Assembly (NCBI GenBank): GCA_965247775.1
Contig: OZ252031.1
Span: forward strand, 708,072-772,071
Direction: 5' to 3'
Length of the DNA stretch: 64,000 nucleotides
From: Dehalococcoidia bacterium
GTDB taxonomy: Bacteria; Chloroflexota; Dehalococcoidia; Bin125
Under the pieces are notes generated by a model, which worked only from the letters and a program-made list of their open reading frames with translations, did not search any database and was not told the origin of the DNA. Position numbers and translations under genes: made by a program. Shown here piece by piece: positions 50,800-60,128 of this stretch. The number at the start of each line of letters is the position of its first letter. Position 1 is the first letter of the stretch.

Positions 50800-53700
50800 T
50801 CCGGCGTCTCCTCGAGCGGCACGGCCTGCTCGCGACCTTCGCGCGTGAAGAGCAGGTAGGCCCCAGTCACCGGCTCACCCGTCTCCCGCAGCATCGACGC
50901 GTACTCCCGCACCTGGCGCTCATAGCCCCCGATCGTCGCCGCGGATGGCTGTCGGTCGCTCTTGTAGTCCACCAGCACCCAGCCTGCGCGCTCGTAGAAG
51001 GCCAGATCGACGTATCCCTCCGACACCCGATCGGGCCGCACGGACACCAGTGGCAGCTCCCGCTCGACCCGTTCGGCGGCGCGCGCGCGATTCAGCAGGG
51101 CGCTGCCCAGGGTGTGGCGCAGGTCCGCCGCCACCTCGTCCGCTAGCGCCTCCAGTCCGCGCTCCCGGCAGAGGCGTCGCGCCCGCCATTCGCTCAGATC
51201 CGTATCCCCGAAGTCCGCCACGAACAGCGCGTCGTGCAGGACGATGCCGCGCCGCCGCGCGTCGCGTTCGAGGGAGGCGTAGACGCTGTCGCCCGGTCCC
51301 GTCGCACTCAGCGCCGCCCCGTCCTCAGCGGCGAGGTCGCGGTCCTCCGTCTCACCGGAGCGGCTCGGCGGCTCCGTTTCACGCGGCTCCTTGGGGCGAT
51401 CGTGCCCGACCTGTGAGGGGACTACGTAGCGCGGCGCGCGGGCCCCGGCCACCAGCGCCGCCGCGTGCCGCTCCTGCCAGTCCGCCCAGAGCGTCTCTAC
51501 GTCCGGCGAGAGCGGGAGCCGGGCCTGCGCCGGAGTCGCGGCGAGTTCCTCCACACGCCAGGTGATCGCGCCCGGCGCCGGCACGTCGAAGGACTGGTCC
51601 ATCCAGCCCGGCAGCGCCTCGGCGAGGTCGGCATGGTACCCCGGCGTGCGGTCTGTGAAGAACACCGGCAGCACCAGCCAGTCGCGCGCGCGGGTCGCGG
51701 CCACGTAGAGCAGGCGACGCTCCTCTGCCCGCTCGTAGACCTCGTGGCGCGCCTGAGCAGCTCCATAACCGGGGGTGGCGAAGCGTGCCTCGCGCGCTCC
51801 GACCTGGAAGTCGATGTGCCCCTCATCGCGGTTGACCACCGCGATCGCCCGATCGCGGTTCTCGGCCGCGGCCATCTTCGCCAGCACAACCACCGGGAAC
51901 TCCAGCCCCTTCGCCTGGTGGATCGTGAGGAGCCGCACCACATCGTCCTCCACCTCCGTCACCGGCGACTCCGCCTCCGCCAGATCCGTGCGCGATTGTG
52001 TGCCGAGCCAGCGCACAAACGGCCGCAAGGAGTCGACCTCGTTGGCGGCGAAGTCGGCGGCGCGCTGCACGATGATCTGCAGGTTGGCCGCCCGCGCCAC
52101 GCTGCCCCGCGCCAGCTGGATCTCCAGCAGGTAGGTCTCGCGCAGCACCGAGTCCACGTAGGCCGGCAGCGGCAGTGAGGCCTTGCGCTCCGCCAGCGCC
52201 CGCAGCCGCTCGATGGGCTCGCGCAGGGGACCGCTGTACTCGTTGGGGAGGACGCCCGCAACCAGTTGGAAGCGCGGGGCGCCCCCTGCCGCGCGCTGCG
52301 CGTTGGCCAGATCCAGCAGCTCCAGATCGGAGGCGGCGAAGGGCGCGCTCTTCAGCGCCGCCACGACGGCCACCTCGTCCGACGCGTCGTCCAGGGCGGT
52401 CAGGATGGCCGCTGCGTCGCGGATCTCTTGCTGCTGGAAGAAGCCCCGCCCGCTGTCCAGGTGGAAGGGGATGCCCGCTTGCTCCAGGGCCTCCGTGTAG
52501 ATCTCGATGTTGGTGCGGTTGCGGACCAGCAGGCAGATGTCCTTGTAGCGTGGGCGGCGCTGCCCCCCGGGAGGGCCCGCCTCCCGCAGCATGATCGTGC
52601 CTTCGTCCGATCCCACCGCCGACGCGATCAGCCGGGCCAGCCCCCGCGCCTCGTCCTCGCGCGCCTCCCGGACGGAGCGCCACCCCGCGCCGGTGTTCGG
52701 ACGCAGCGTCAGCACGGAGGGCCCGCCATCCTGCCGGTGCGGTGTCAGCGGTTGATACTCCGGCTGCGCCTGCGGAAAGGCCGTGTCCGGGTGGATCAGC
52801 GTTCCGAAGACCTGGTTGTGCCACTCCACCAGCTCCGGCCGCGACCGGAAATTCGTCTCCAGTACGGAGACTCGGGCCCTCGGGGGATCCTCGGCCGCCG
52901 CGGCCTTGAAGATCTCCTCCACCTCGGCGTAGGTGTCGATGTCGGCGCGGCGGAAGCGGTAGATGGACTGCTTGGGGTCCCCCACCAGGAACAGCCGGCC
53001 CGGCTCCAGATCCACGTCGCGCCAGCCCGTCGGATCGTTTCGGGCGGCCAAGTACAGCACGATCTCCGCCTGCAGCGGGTCGGTGTCCTGGAATTCATCC
53101 ACGAGCAAGAAGCGGTAGCGATCGCGGAAGTAGTGCCGCACGCCGGGCTCGTCCTGCAGGACGTCTCGCGCGTGGATCAGCAAGTCCTGGAAAGTCAGCG
53201 TTCCGTCACGACGACGTTGCTCCGACGCGTGCGCGACAAAGACGACGGCCACGTCCACGTAGTCGGCCAGCGCCTGCGCCCGCACCCCGGCGGCGTAGGC
53301 CGCGTGCTGCTCTTCCAGCTGCTTCCAGCGTTCGAGCAGCTGGACGCGCTCCTCGCCTCGGCCGCGACCGAGCGGCGGGCTCCGCAGCGCCAAGCCCACC
53401 AGGTCGGCTTCCAGCGCCTCCGCCGGCAGGTCGCGCAGTGCTTCCAGTTGGTCCACGAGCCGCTGCGCGCGCTGCCGCAGTGAGTCCGACACCCGCTCGG
53501 CCGTTGCGCGCAGCGAGGCCGTCTCGCGCAGCAGATGCTTGAGGACGTCCCGGGCGGGCGGGACCGGCGCGGCCGTCTGGCGTGCTTGGAGATCGCGAAA
53601 CTCCGTGATTTGGAAGGCCAGATCCCGCAGCCGGTCCAGTCCCAGCCCCAGGCGCAAGCAGCGCTCAATGCGCGGCCGGGCGCTCCCCTCTTCCTCCGAC

Positions 53701-54350
53701 CAGAGCCAGTCCTGCCAGCCCTGCTCGAAGGCAAGCTGCTCATTGACCGCGTCCAGCACGGTGAAGCCGGGATCGAGGCCCGCTTCCAGGGGCCGTTCGC
53801 GCAGTAAGCTGGAGGCGAAGGCGTGGATCGTCTCGATGTGCGCGGCGTCGGCCTGCTCGATCGCCAGCCGCAGCCGCTCCGCCTCGGCCTCACCTGCAGC
53901 GCCCAAGGATCGGTAGAGTTCGCGGCGCACCCGGTCGCGCAGCTCGCCGGCCGCCTTCTCGGTGAAGGTGATCGCCACGACCTGCCGTAGCTCGGCCCGG
54001 CCCGTCCGCACGGCCTCCACGACCCGTCCCACCAAGACCGACGTCTTGCCCGTTCCCGCTCCCGCCTGCAGGAAGATGGACGTGTCCAGATCCTGCATGG
54101 CGGCCTCGCGCACCGCCTGGTCGGCCGCGACCCGCAACGCGCTCACCGACGCGCCTGCAACTTGAGGAAGTCCGCGACCACCGCGCTGTCTTGCCGGGCC
54201 TTGTGCGCGAAGCGCCGGTCCACGTCCGTCGCGCAGACGCTCTGGTAGTCGCAGTAAGTGCAGTTGGGACGCGGCTGCGAACCGCGCCCGGGGTGCGGGA
54301 AGAAACGCCCGCTCCGGATCCCGTCCGTGAGGATCTCGAGCGCCTCCCAA
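50796..54350 (-). CDS. addA: AddA-like ATP-dependent helicase/nuclease (UvrD helicase + C-terminal PD-(D/E)XK nuclease); true start possibly ~54095
   Basis: Walker A GAGTGKTS. UvrD motifs. C-terminal RecB-type nuclease motif GYVDLAFYERAGWVLVDYKSD. Confidence 0.8.
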   Translation of the reverse strand: MGGARDPHGRDPERAFLPAPRARFAAASQLHLLRLPERLRDGRGPALRAQGPARQRGGRGLPQVAGASVSALRVAADQAVREAAMQDLDTSIFLQAGAGTGKTSVLVGRVVEAVRTGRAELRQVVAITFTEKAAGELRDRVRRELYRSLGAAGEAEAERLRLAIEQADAAHIETIHAFASSLLRERPLEAGLDPGFTVLDAVNEQLAFEQGWQDWLWSEEEGSARPRIERCLRLGLGLDRLRDLAFQITEFRDLQARQTAAPVPPARDVLKHLLRETASLRATAERVSDSLRQRAQRLVDQLEALRDLPAEALEADLVGLALRSPPLGRGRGEERVQLLERWKQLEEQHAAYAAGVRAQALADYVDVAVVFVAHASEQRRRDGTLTFQDLLIHARDVLQDEPGVRHYFRDRYRFLLVDEFQDTDPLQAEIVLYLAARNDPTGWRDVDLEPGRLFLVGDPKQSIYRFRRADIDTYAEVEEIFKAAAAEDPPRARVSVLETNFRSRPELVEWHNQVFGTLIHPDTAFPQAQPEYQPLTPHRQDGGPSVLTLRPNTGAGWRSVREAREDEARGLARLIASAVGSDEGTIMLREAGPPGGQRRPRYKDICLLVRNRTNIEIYTEALEQAGIPFHLDSGRGFFQQQEIRDAAAILTALDDASDEVAVVAALKSAPFAASDLELLDLANAQRAAGGAPRFQLVAGVLPNEYSGPLREPIERLRALAERKASLPLPAYVDSVLRETYLLEIQLARGSVARAANLQIIVQRAADFAANEVDSLRPFVRWLGTQSRTDLAEAESPVTEVEDDVVRLLTIHQAKGLEFPVVVLAKMAAAENRDRAIAVVNRDEGHIDFQVGAREARFATPGYGAAQARHEVYERAEERRLLYVAATRARDWLVLPVFFTDRTPGYHADLAEALPGWMDQSFDVPAPGAITWRVEELAATPAQARLPLSPDVETLWADWQERHAAALVAGARAPRYVVPSQVGHDRPKEPRETEPPSRSGETEDRDLAAEDGAALSATGPGDSVYASLERDARRRGIVLHDALFVADFGDTDLSEWRARRLCRERGLEALADEVAADLRHTLGSALLNRARAAERVERELPLVSVRPDRVSEGYVDLAFYERAGWVLVDYKSDRQPSAATIGGYERQVREYASMLRETGEPVTGAYLLFTREGREQAVPLEETPD

Positions 54351-57259
54351 TACTGGGGATCCGTCAGGACGTCGGCGCCGCGCAGCGTCGATCGGGTGAA
54401 CTTCCCTTTGCGCGTCGCGTACCAGTATTCGGCCTCCACGTCCTCCGGCGCCAGGTCCAGCGCCTCCGCCACCGCGTGGAGGTAGACGGGTAGCTGCAGC
54501 GCCGCGCCGCTGCGATACTCGTCCGCCCGCTTGCGCGCGGCGCCGGTCTTGTAGTCCATCGCTACGGGTCCCGTGGGGCCCTCGTCTACCCGATCGATCT
54601 TGCCGCGAAATGTCAGGGACACGTCGTTGGGCAGCGTCAAGGTCAGATCCTGAAACGGCGTCTCGGGCTCGAAGGCCGGGTGTGGACGGAATCCGTCCGC
54701 CGCCCGCGTCCGCTCCTCGCGCAGCAGCGCCTCCAGGTCGGTCAGGACTTCCTGTCGAACGATGGTCCAGGTGGCGGGCAGTCCCGAGAGCCCGCCCAGC
54801 TGCTGCTGCTCGAACTCCTCCTCCGCGATCTGACGGAGTTGCCCCTCATCGGCGAGGAACGTGCTCCACTCGACGCCGGACGCTCGCCCCTCCCGCACCC
54901 AGCGTTCCAGGATGCGATGCACCATGCTGCCGCGATCCAGCGGCGTCATCTGCAGCGCGTGGGCGGGCTCGGAGACGGCTCCGACGTGGAGCACGTAGCG
55001 CAAGTAGTAGCGGTACGGGCACTCGGCGTACTGCTCCAGCGCGGTGGGCGATGCGGGCCGGCTCAGCACGCTCTCCCCCAGCCGGTCGGGGGAGAGCACC
55101 CCGTCCCACTCGCCGAAGCGCGTCCCATTGCGACTCTGCCGCGCGATGTCGTAGCGGCGATACCCCTCCCACAGCCCGGCCAGGGCGTGCCGCGCGCCGC
55201 CCTTGCCCGCCGCCTCCAGGACCGCCAGCCGGAAGTCGGAGTCGTCCAGGGCCGTCAGGGTTCGCGACCAGTCGCCGGCCTGGGAGTCGACGGGGCTTGG
55301 AGCGGCGCCGGCCAAGCGCGCCGGCAACCGCACCACCGTGCCGCTCGCCTCCAGATCCTCCAGGGCAGCCAGCTCGTCTACGTCGCCGGGGATCGAGCGC
55401 AGGAGGAAGGGCGACGGCAGCTTGGGGGCCCCGGTCGTGTTGGTGCGGCGTGCGTAGGAGATCGTCAGGATGTGCTCCGCCGACTGCTGTAGCAGCGCGA
55501 AGAGCATCGCTTCCTCTTGCGCGCGCTCCCGCTTGATCGGCAGGGCCGGCCGGCGCAGACGACGGTTCAGCTGCTCCCGTTCGCTGTCCAGCAGCAACGG
55601 GTCCTGGCGCACCAACGGCGGGAAGATGCGCTCGGCGCACTCGGCCAGAAACACGGCCCGGAAGCGCAGTGACCGCGCGGCAGAGACATTGCCCACGAAA
55701 ACGCCCTGGCGCAGCGGATCCCGATCGTTCAGGACGGCCCGGCGGATCGCGCGCGCCGCCGCGCCCCGGAAGCGCTCCCGGTCGACCGCCACGCCTGCCG
55801 AGTCGAGCAGCGCCAGGGCCTCGATCTGCCCCCGCACGATGCTGGTCAGGTCGCGCCCCTCATCGTCCAGCTCTGGGTCGGCCTCCACCACGTAGTCGTC
55901 GAGGATCGCCAGGACGGTATTGCAGTAGTCCGTCCAGGAGTCGCACCGCTCCAGTGCGGTCGCGCGCTCCCTCAGCGCGGCCACGACGTCGCGCAGCTCC
56001 CGCGCGGTTTCTCGCGCGAACTCGGGCACCACCTCGTCGCGCTGCAGCCGTGCGATGTGGGCCGCCAGCTGATCGCCGAAGCGCTGCCAGCCCCGCACCA
56101 TCCCTGCCTGTTTGGAATGCCGCTCCCAGAGCACGGGTTTGGGCCGTACGCTGGGCGGCAGCGCCGCCGCCGCGGCCGGGCTGCCGACGAACTCGAGCAG
56201 CCGGTGGCGCTGCGGCTCCTGCAGCAGCAAGTCCAGTAGCACCAGCGCCGCCCGGCCTGTGGCCGTGTGGCGCAGAGGCCGCCCGGCGGCGCGGTAGACG
56301 GGCACACCTGCGCGCGTGAGCGCCGCCGCGATCGCGTCATCCGCGGCGTGGTCCAGGCGATGCAGCACCGCCATCGCCTGGAAGGGGATGTCTGCATCGG
56401 CGGCCAGCGTCAGCACCCGACGGGCGATCTCCTCCGCCTCGGCCTGACGCGAGGGGGCTGAGAAATAGTCGAGGTGGGCGGACGTTGCGCGTGCCTCGGG
56501 CTCGTCGTCCGCCGGCTCCGCCCCAACGGCGGCCAGCAGCGCCGCGAAGCGCCGCGCAACGCCGAAGGCCGGCAGCGCGGGCGCGACCAGCAGCACGTGG
56601 ACGTCGACGACCCGCGCCGCGCGCTGCAGGAGCGCGAGCTGCACCGCGGGCGCGTCGTAGATCCCAGCGACGAGCAGTGGGCCGCCGCCCAGCGCCTCCC
56701 GGTAGGCCACGTCGGGAAGACGCGCATCGAGCGCATCCTCGTACAGGCTCGAGCGGTCACGGAAGGCGGCGATCTGCGACGTGAAGCGCGTATAGACCGC
56801 CGCCAGATCGTGCAGCTTCGGGTCGTCCGCTGCGCCGAGCGCGGCGCGGTAGTCTGCCGCGCTGACGCGCCCCTCACGCAAGTCCGTGAGCGAGCTTGCG
56901 ACCGCCTCGGCCACGCCACCGGCGCTCGGCCGCAGCTGCCGCACGGCCCCCTCCGCACGCAGCTCGCGGAGGATGCCATCCACCAGCAGGGTGTCCGCTC
57001 CGTCCGGCAGGGGCGAGCGAGCGGGGGCGGCTCCTCGCTCTCGCACCGCCACGGCGAGGTCCACCGGCGTGAAGAAGCGAATGTTTCCCGTCGGCCCCAG
57101 CGCCTCGGCGAGACGCCGTCGGAACGAGAGCCGCTGCAAATTCGACCCGACCAGGACGTTGAGCCGCCCCAGCGGCTCCCTGCGGGATGCGCGGGCGAGG
57201 GCCGCCAGGCGCTCTTCCGCCTCCTGCAGGTCGGCGAGGGCCTCCACTCTGAACCGCAT
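54143..57259 (-). CDS. addB: AddB-like PD-(D/E)XK nuclease with iron-sulfur staple (no Walker A)
   Basis: C-terminal nuclease motif VAMDYKTG and four Cys (ECPYRYY ... CTYCDYQSVC) as in AddB. The N-terminal helicase-like domain lacks a Walker A. Confidence 0.75.
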   Translation of the reverse strand: MRFRVEALADLQEAEERLAALARASRREPLGRLNVLVGSNLQRLSFRRRLAEALGPTGNIRFFTPVDLAVAVRERGAAPARSPLPDGADTLLVDGILRELRAEGAVRQLRPSAGGVAEAVASSLTDLREGRVSAADYRAALGAADDPKLHDLAAVYTRFTSQIAAFRDRSSLYEDALDARLPDVAYREALGGGPLLVAGIYDAPAVQLALLQRAARVVDVHVLLVAPALPAFGVARRFAALLAAVGAEPADDEPEARATSAHLDYFSAPSRQAEAEEIARRVLTLAADADIPFQAMAVLHRLDHAADDAIAAALTRAGVPVYRAAGRPLRHTATGRAALVLLDLLLQEPQRHRLLEFVGSPAAAAALPPSVRPKPVLWERHSKQAGMVRGWQRFGDQLAAHIARLQRDEVVPEFARETARELRDVVAALRERATALERCDSWTDYCNTVLAILDDYVVEADPELDDEGRDLTSIVRGQIEALALLDSAGVAVDRERFRGAAARAIRRAVLNDRDPLRQGVFVGNVSAARSLRFRAVFLAECAERIFPPLVRQDPLLLDSEREQLNRRLRRPALPIKRERAQEEAMLFALLQQSAEHILTISYARRTNTTGAPKLPSPFLLRSIPGDVDELAALEDLEASGTVVRLPARLAGAAPSPVDSQAGDWSRTLTALDDSDFRLAVLEAAGKGGARHALAGLWEGYRRYDIARQSRNGTRFGEWDGVLSPDRLGESVLSRPASPTALEQYAECPYRYYLRYVLHVGAVSEPAHALQMTPLDRGSMVHRILERWVREGRASGVEWSTFLADEGQLRQIAEEEFEQQQLGGLSGLPATWTIVRQEVLTDLEALLREERTRAADGFRPHPAFEPETPFQDLTLTLPNDVSLTFRGKIDRVDEGPTGPVAMDYKTGAARKRADEYRSGAALQLPVYLHAVAEALDLAPEDVEAEYWYATRKGKFTRSTLRGADVLTDPQYWEALEILTDGIRSGRFFPHPGRGSQPRPNCTYCDYQSVCATDVDRRFAHKARQDSAVVADFLKLQARR

Positions 57260-57330
57260 ACTCGCGAGTCTATCCCGATCGCGCTCTGCTTTACGCCGCG
57301 CCCTACGCTGAGGCGGGGCGGGATGCTACG

Positions 57331-59040
57331 GTGGTGGCACGGACACGCGCGCCGCTCCCGCTTGGTGAGCGAAGCCGTGAGCAGGAACTCTTGGGACTTC
57401 TCGACCGCCTGACCCGCCGCTCCGCACTTGCCTCCGCGGCCCCCGATCCGGCACCCGCTCTAGCTGCGGACACGGAGTCTGCCAATGCGCCGCGCCGCTC
57501 CCGCAGCCGTTCGCGCCGTCGCGGGCGCCGCGACGTGCAGGCCGAGGGCGCCGCTGCCGCCGCCGAACCCGAAACTCGTCCGCGACACGCATCCGAGCAC
57601 GAGCCATCTCCGCAGCGTGCGCCAGAAGGCGCCGATGAGAACGTAGCTCCGCGCCGCCGCCGCCGCCGTCGCGGCCGGCGTGCCCCTGCCACCGCCGCCG
57701 ACAGTCCCGAGGCGTCCGGCCGCGCCGGGTCCGATGGCGACGGGCCCGATCGCGATTCCTCCGCCCGCCGCTCCGATCGGCCGCGCTCCGGGCGGTCCTC
57801 AAGCCAGGGCCGTGGACCGGCCCCGCGTGGTCGCTCCGCCACCCAGAAGGCGCTCGCTTCCGGCGGCTACGCCCTGCCCACCACGGATGCCCTGGACGCG
57901 ATCGACCTGCAAGAGGCTCCCGGAGCCTTTCGCGCCATGGGTCTCAGCGACCGTGCCCTGGCCATCGTCACTGCGCTCGGCTTCGACGAGCCCACCCCCA
58001 TCCAGAAGCAAGCGGTTCCTCTCCTGCTCGCGGGTCGGGACGTGGTCGGTCAGGCCCAGACGGGGACCGGCAAGACCCTGGCCTTCGGGCTGCTGATCGT
58101 CGAGCGGCTGGATCCACAGATGCCCGAGGTTCAGGCAATCGTGCTGGTGCCCACGCGGGAGCTGGCCCAGCAGGTCTTCGGGGTCTTGGAGTTCCTCGCC
58201 GAGGCCAAGGGCCTCCAGGCGACGGCGCTGATGGGCGGTCGTCGGCTGGCGCAGGACTTTGAGGCACTCGAGCGGCGGCCCCAGATCGTCGTCGGCACGC
58301 CGGGGCGCGTCATCGACCACCTGCAGCGCGGCACCCTCAGCCTGCGCCGGGTGCGGGTCGCCGTTCTGGACGAGGCCGACCGCATGCTCGACATCGGCTT
58401 CGAGCCCGATATGCGTCGCATCCTCAGTCGCTGTCCCGATGATCGGCAGACAGCGCTCTTCTCGGCCACGATCCCCACCGCCATCAAGACCTTGATCTGG
58501 CGCTACATGCACGAGCCCGAGCACATCCAGATCGAGCCGGAGCAGCGCACCGCCCGTGAGATCCGCCAGCATTACTACGAGGTCGCGGAACGTGACAAGC
58601 TGCGCGCGCTGGTGGAGATCCTGCCGGAGATGTCTGGCGGCACGCTGATCTTTTGCAATATGAAGGTGACGGTGGACCGCCTCGTGCGGCGGCTGCGCGA
58701 ACGCGACATCCCCGCCGACGCGATTCACGGGGACCTGGACCAGCGCAAGCGCGATCGCGTCATGCAGCAGTTTCGCTCCGGCGAGTTGCGCTTCCTCGTC
58801 GCCACGAACGTCGCCGCCCGCGGCCTGGACATCCCCGATCTGAACCACGTCGTGAACTTCGATCTGCCCCAGAATGCAGACGAATACGTGCACCGCGTGG
58901 GGCGAACTGGTCGCGCGGGCCGTGAGGGCAGCGCCATCACCTTCGTCTCCGAGTGGGACTATGACGTCTTCGAGGCGATCCAGAAGGCTGTCGGCGACGA
59001 ACTCCAGCACGGGCAACTCGAACTCTACGCCGCGTCCTGA
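57331..59040 (+). CDS. DEAD-box ATP-dependent RNA helicase with ~190-aa Arg/Ser/Asp-rich N-terminal low-complexity extension (start uncertain; core begins ~57925)
   Basis: Q-motif TPIQ, motif I AQTGTGKT, DEAD (VLDEADRML), SAT, HRVGRTGRAG. The antisense ORF 57799..59016 was rejected. Confidence 0.85.
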   Translation: MVARTRAPLPLGERSREQELLGLLDRLTRRSALASAAPDPAPALAADTESANAPRRSRSRSRRRGRRDVQAEGAAAAAEPETRPRHASEHEPSPQRAPEGADENVAPRRRRRRRGRRAPATAADSPEASGRAGSDGDGPDRDSSARRSDRPRSGRSSSQGRGPAPRGRSATQKALASGGYALPTTDALDAIDLQEAPGAFRAMGLSDRALAIVTALGFDEPTPIQKQAVPLLLAGRDVVGQAQTGTGKTLAFGLLIVERLDPQMPEVQAIVLVPTRELAQQVFGVLEFLAEAKGLQATALMGGRRLAQDFEALERRPQIVVGTPGRVIDHLQRGTLSLRRVRVAVLDEADRMLDIGFEPDMRRILSRCPDDRQTALFSATIPTAIKTLIWRYMHEPEHIQIEPEQRTAREIRQHYYEVAERDKLRALVEILPEMSGGTLIFCNMKVTVDRLVRRLRERDIPADAIHGDLDQRKRDRVMQQFRSGELRFLVATNVAARGLDIPDLNHVVNFDLPQNADEYVHRVGRTGRAGREGSAITFVSEWDYDVFEAIQKAVGDELQHGQLELYAAS

Positions 59041-59193
59041 TCTCGGTTTGCCCGCCTCAACCCCCGCCTGATTCGGGGTTTCATGGCGCCCCCGCAGGGG
59101 GGATCCCGCATGCCCAGCCCTGTCGCGCTTCCGCTCTCAGATACGAGGGGAGGCCGGTCCGCCGGTCGCACTGCGCAGGGAGGGAGACGGCCA

Positions 59194-59487
59194 ATGTCTG
59201 AACCCCTGGAGTTCTCGGAAGTGCAGGCGCGTGTGCAGCGGCACAACGCCCTGGCCCAGAAATATCGCATTCAGGTGGACGCGCTGCGCGAGCAGGCAGA
59301 GGAGGATGCCCGGATTTGGGAGGTGCCGCTCCCGCAGAGGTTCCTCCAGAATCTGGAGGAGGAAGTCCCGCAGGCCTCGCCCGAAGCGGTCCAGCGCGCC
59401 GCGCTCGACTTCAGCTTCCAGTGCATGGGCGTGGGGCGCCGTGATGGCCATGAATGCGCTGGCTCAGGAAGACATCGTGATCTGTGA
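59194..59487 (+). CDS. Hypothetical protein (97 aa)
   Basis: ORF with high GC3 (MSEPLEFSEVQARVQRHNALAQKYRIQVDALREQAEEDARIWEVPLPQRFLQNLEEE...). No family recognised. Confidence 0.3.
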   Translation: MSEPLEFSEVQARVQRHNALAQKYRIQVDALREQAEEDARIWEVPLPQRFLQNLEEEVPQASPEAVQRAALDFSFQCMGVGRRDGHECAGSGRHRDL

Positions 59488-59511
59488 CCCCGGAGGGGAC
59501 GCGCGGGCGGC

Positions 59512-59859
59512 CTATTCCTTGGGCTCGATCTGCGCCGCGAAGGTCTGGAAGACGATCTTGTCGCCCCGCACGATGAACGTGTCCGTCCCCAGCGGGAAGT
59601 CGAACGTGGCGGAAGCGGCGCGCCAGAGAATGTAGGCCTGCTCCCCCACGATCTCCTGCCGCTTCAATTCCAGATCCGACCCGGGCGGCAGCATGTCGTT
59701 AACAAACCCCTCGAACAGCGGCCGGATCTCCGCCGGACCGCGAAGCGTCGCGTCCGGGGTCAGGAGAACGGCGTCGTCGCTGTAGTCGCTGAGGATCCTA
59801 TCCACGTCGCCCGCGCTGATGGCTGCCAGGTGATGCGAGAGCACACTCTCAGTGGACAT
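59512..59859 (-). CDS. SnoaL-like / NTF2-like small protein
   Basis: ~115 aa with a SnoaL-like pattern (SHHLAAISAGDVDRILSDYSDDAVLLTPD...FIVRGDKIV). Confidence 0.55.
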   Translation of the reverse strand: MSTESVLSHHLAAISAGDVDRILSDYSDDAVLLTPDATLRGPAEIRPLFEGFVNDMLPPGSDLELKRQEIVGEQAYILWRAASATFDFPLGTDTFIVRGDKIVFQTFAAQIEPKE

Positions 59860-60128
59860 CGGACCGCCTTTCGGAGGATCGCGCGCGGCGGCGCTGCCCC
59901 CCGGGTCCGCCGCGCGGCTGTTGTACGCGACGCAGCCTAGCGCCGCGCCCCCGATCGATTGACAGGGTCGTCGGGCGCGTGGGACGCTCAAGCGATGCAG
60001 CCGGTGCGCATGCCGCAAACGGGCGAGGTCGCGCTCACGATGGCGATGCCGAAGGGCTCCGCCCGCAGGGGCGAGCCCCTCCCTCCGCTCGTCGTGCCGG
60101 CCTGCGTCGGCTAGCCAAGGCCGTTTCC

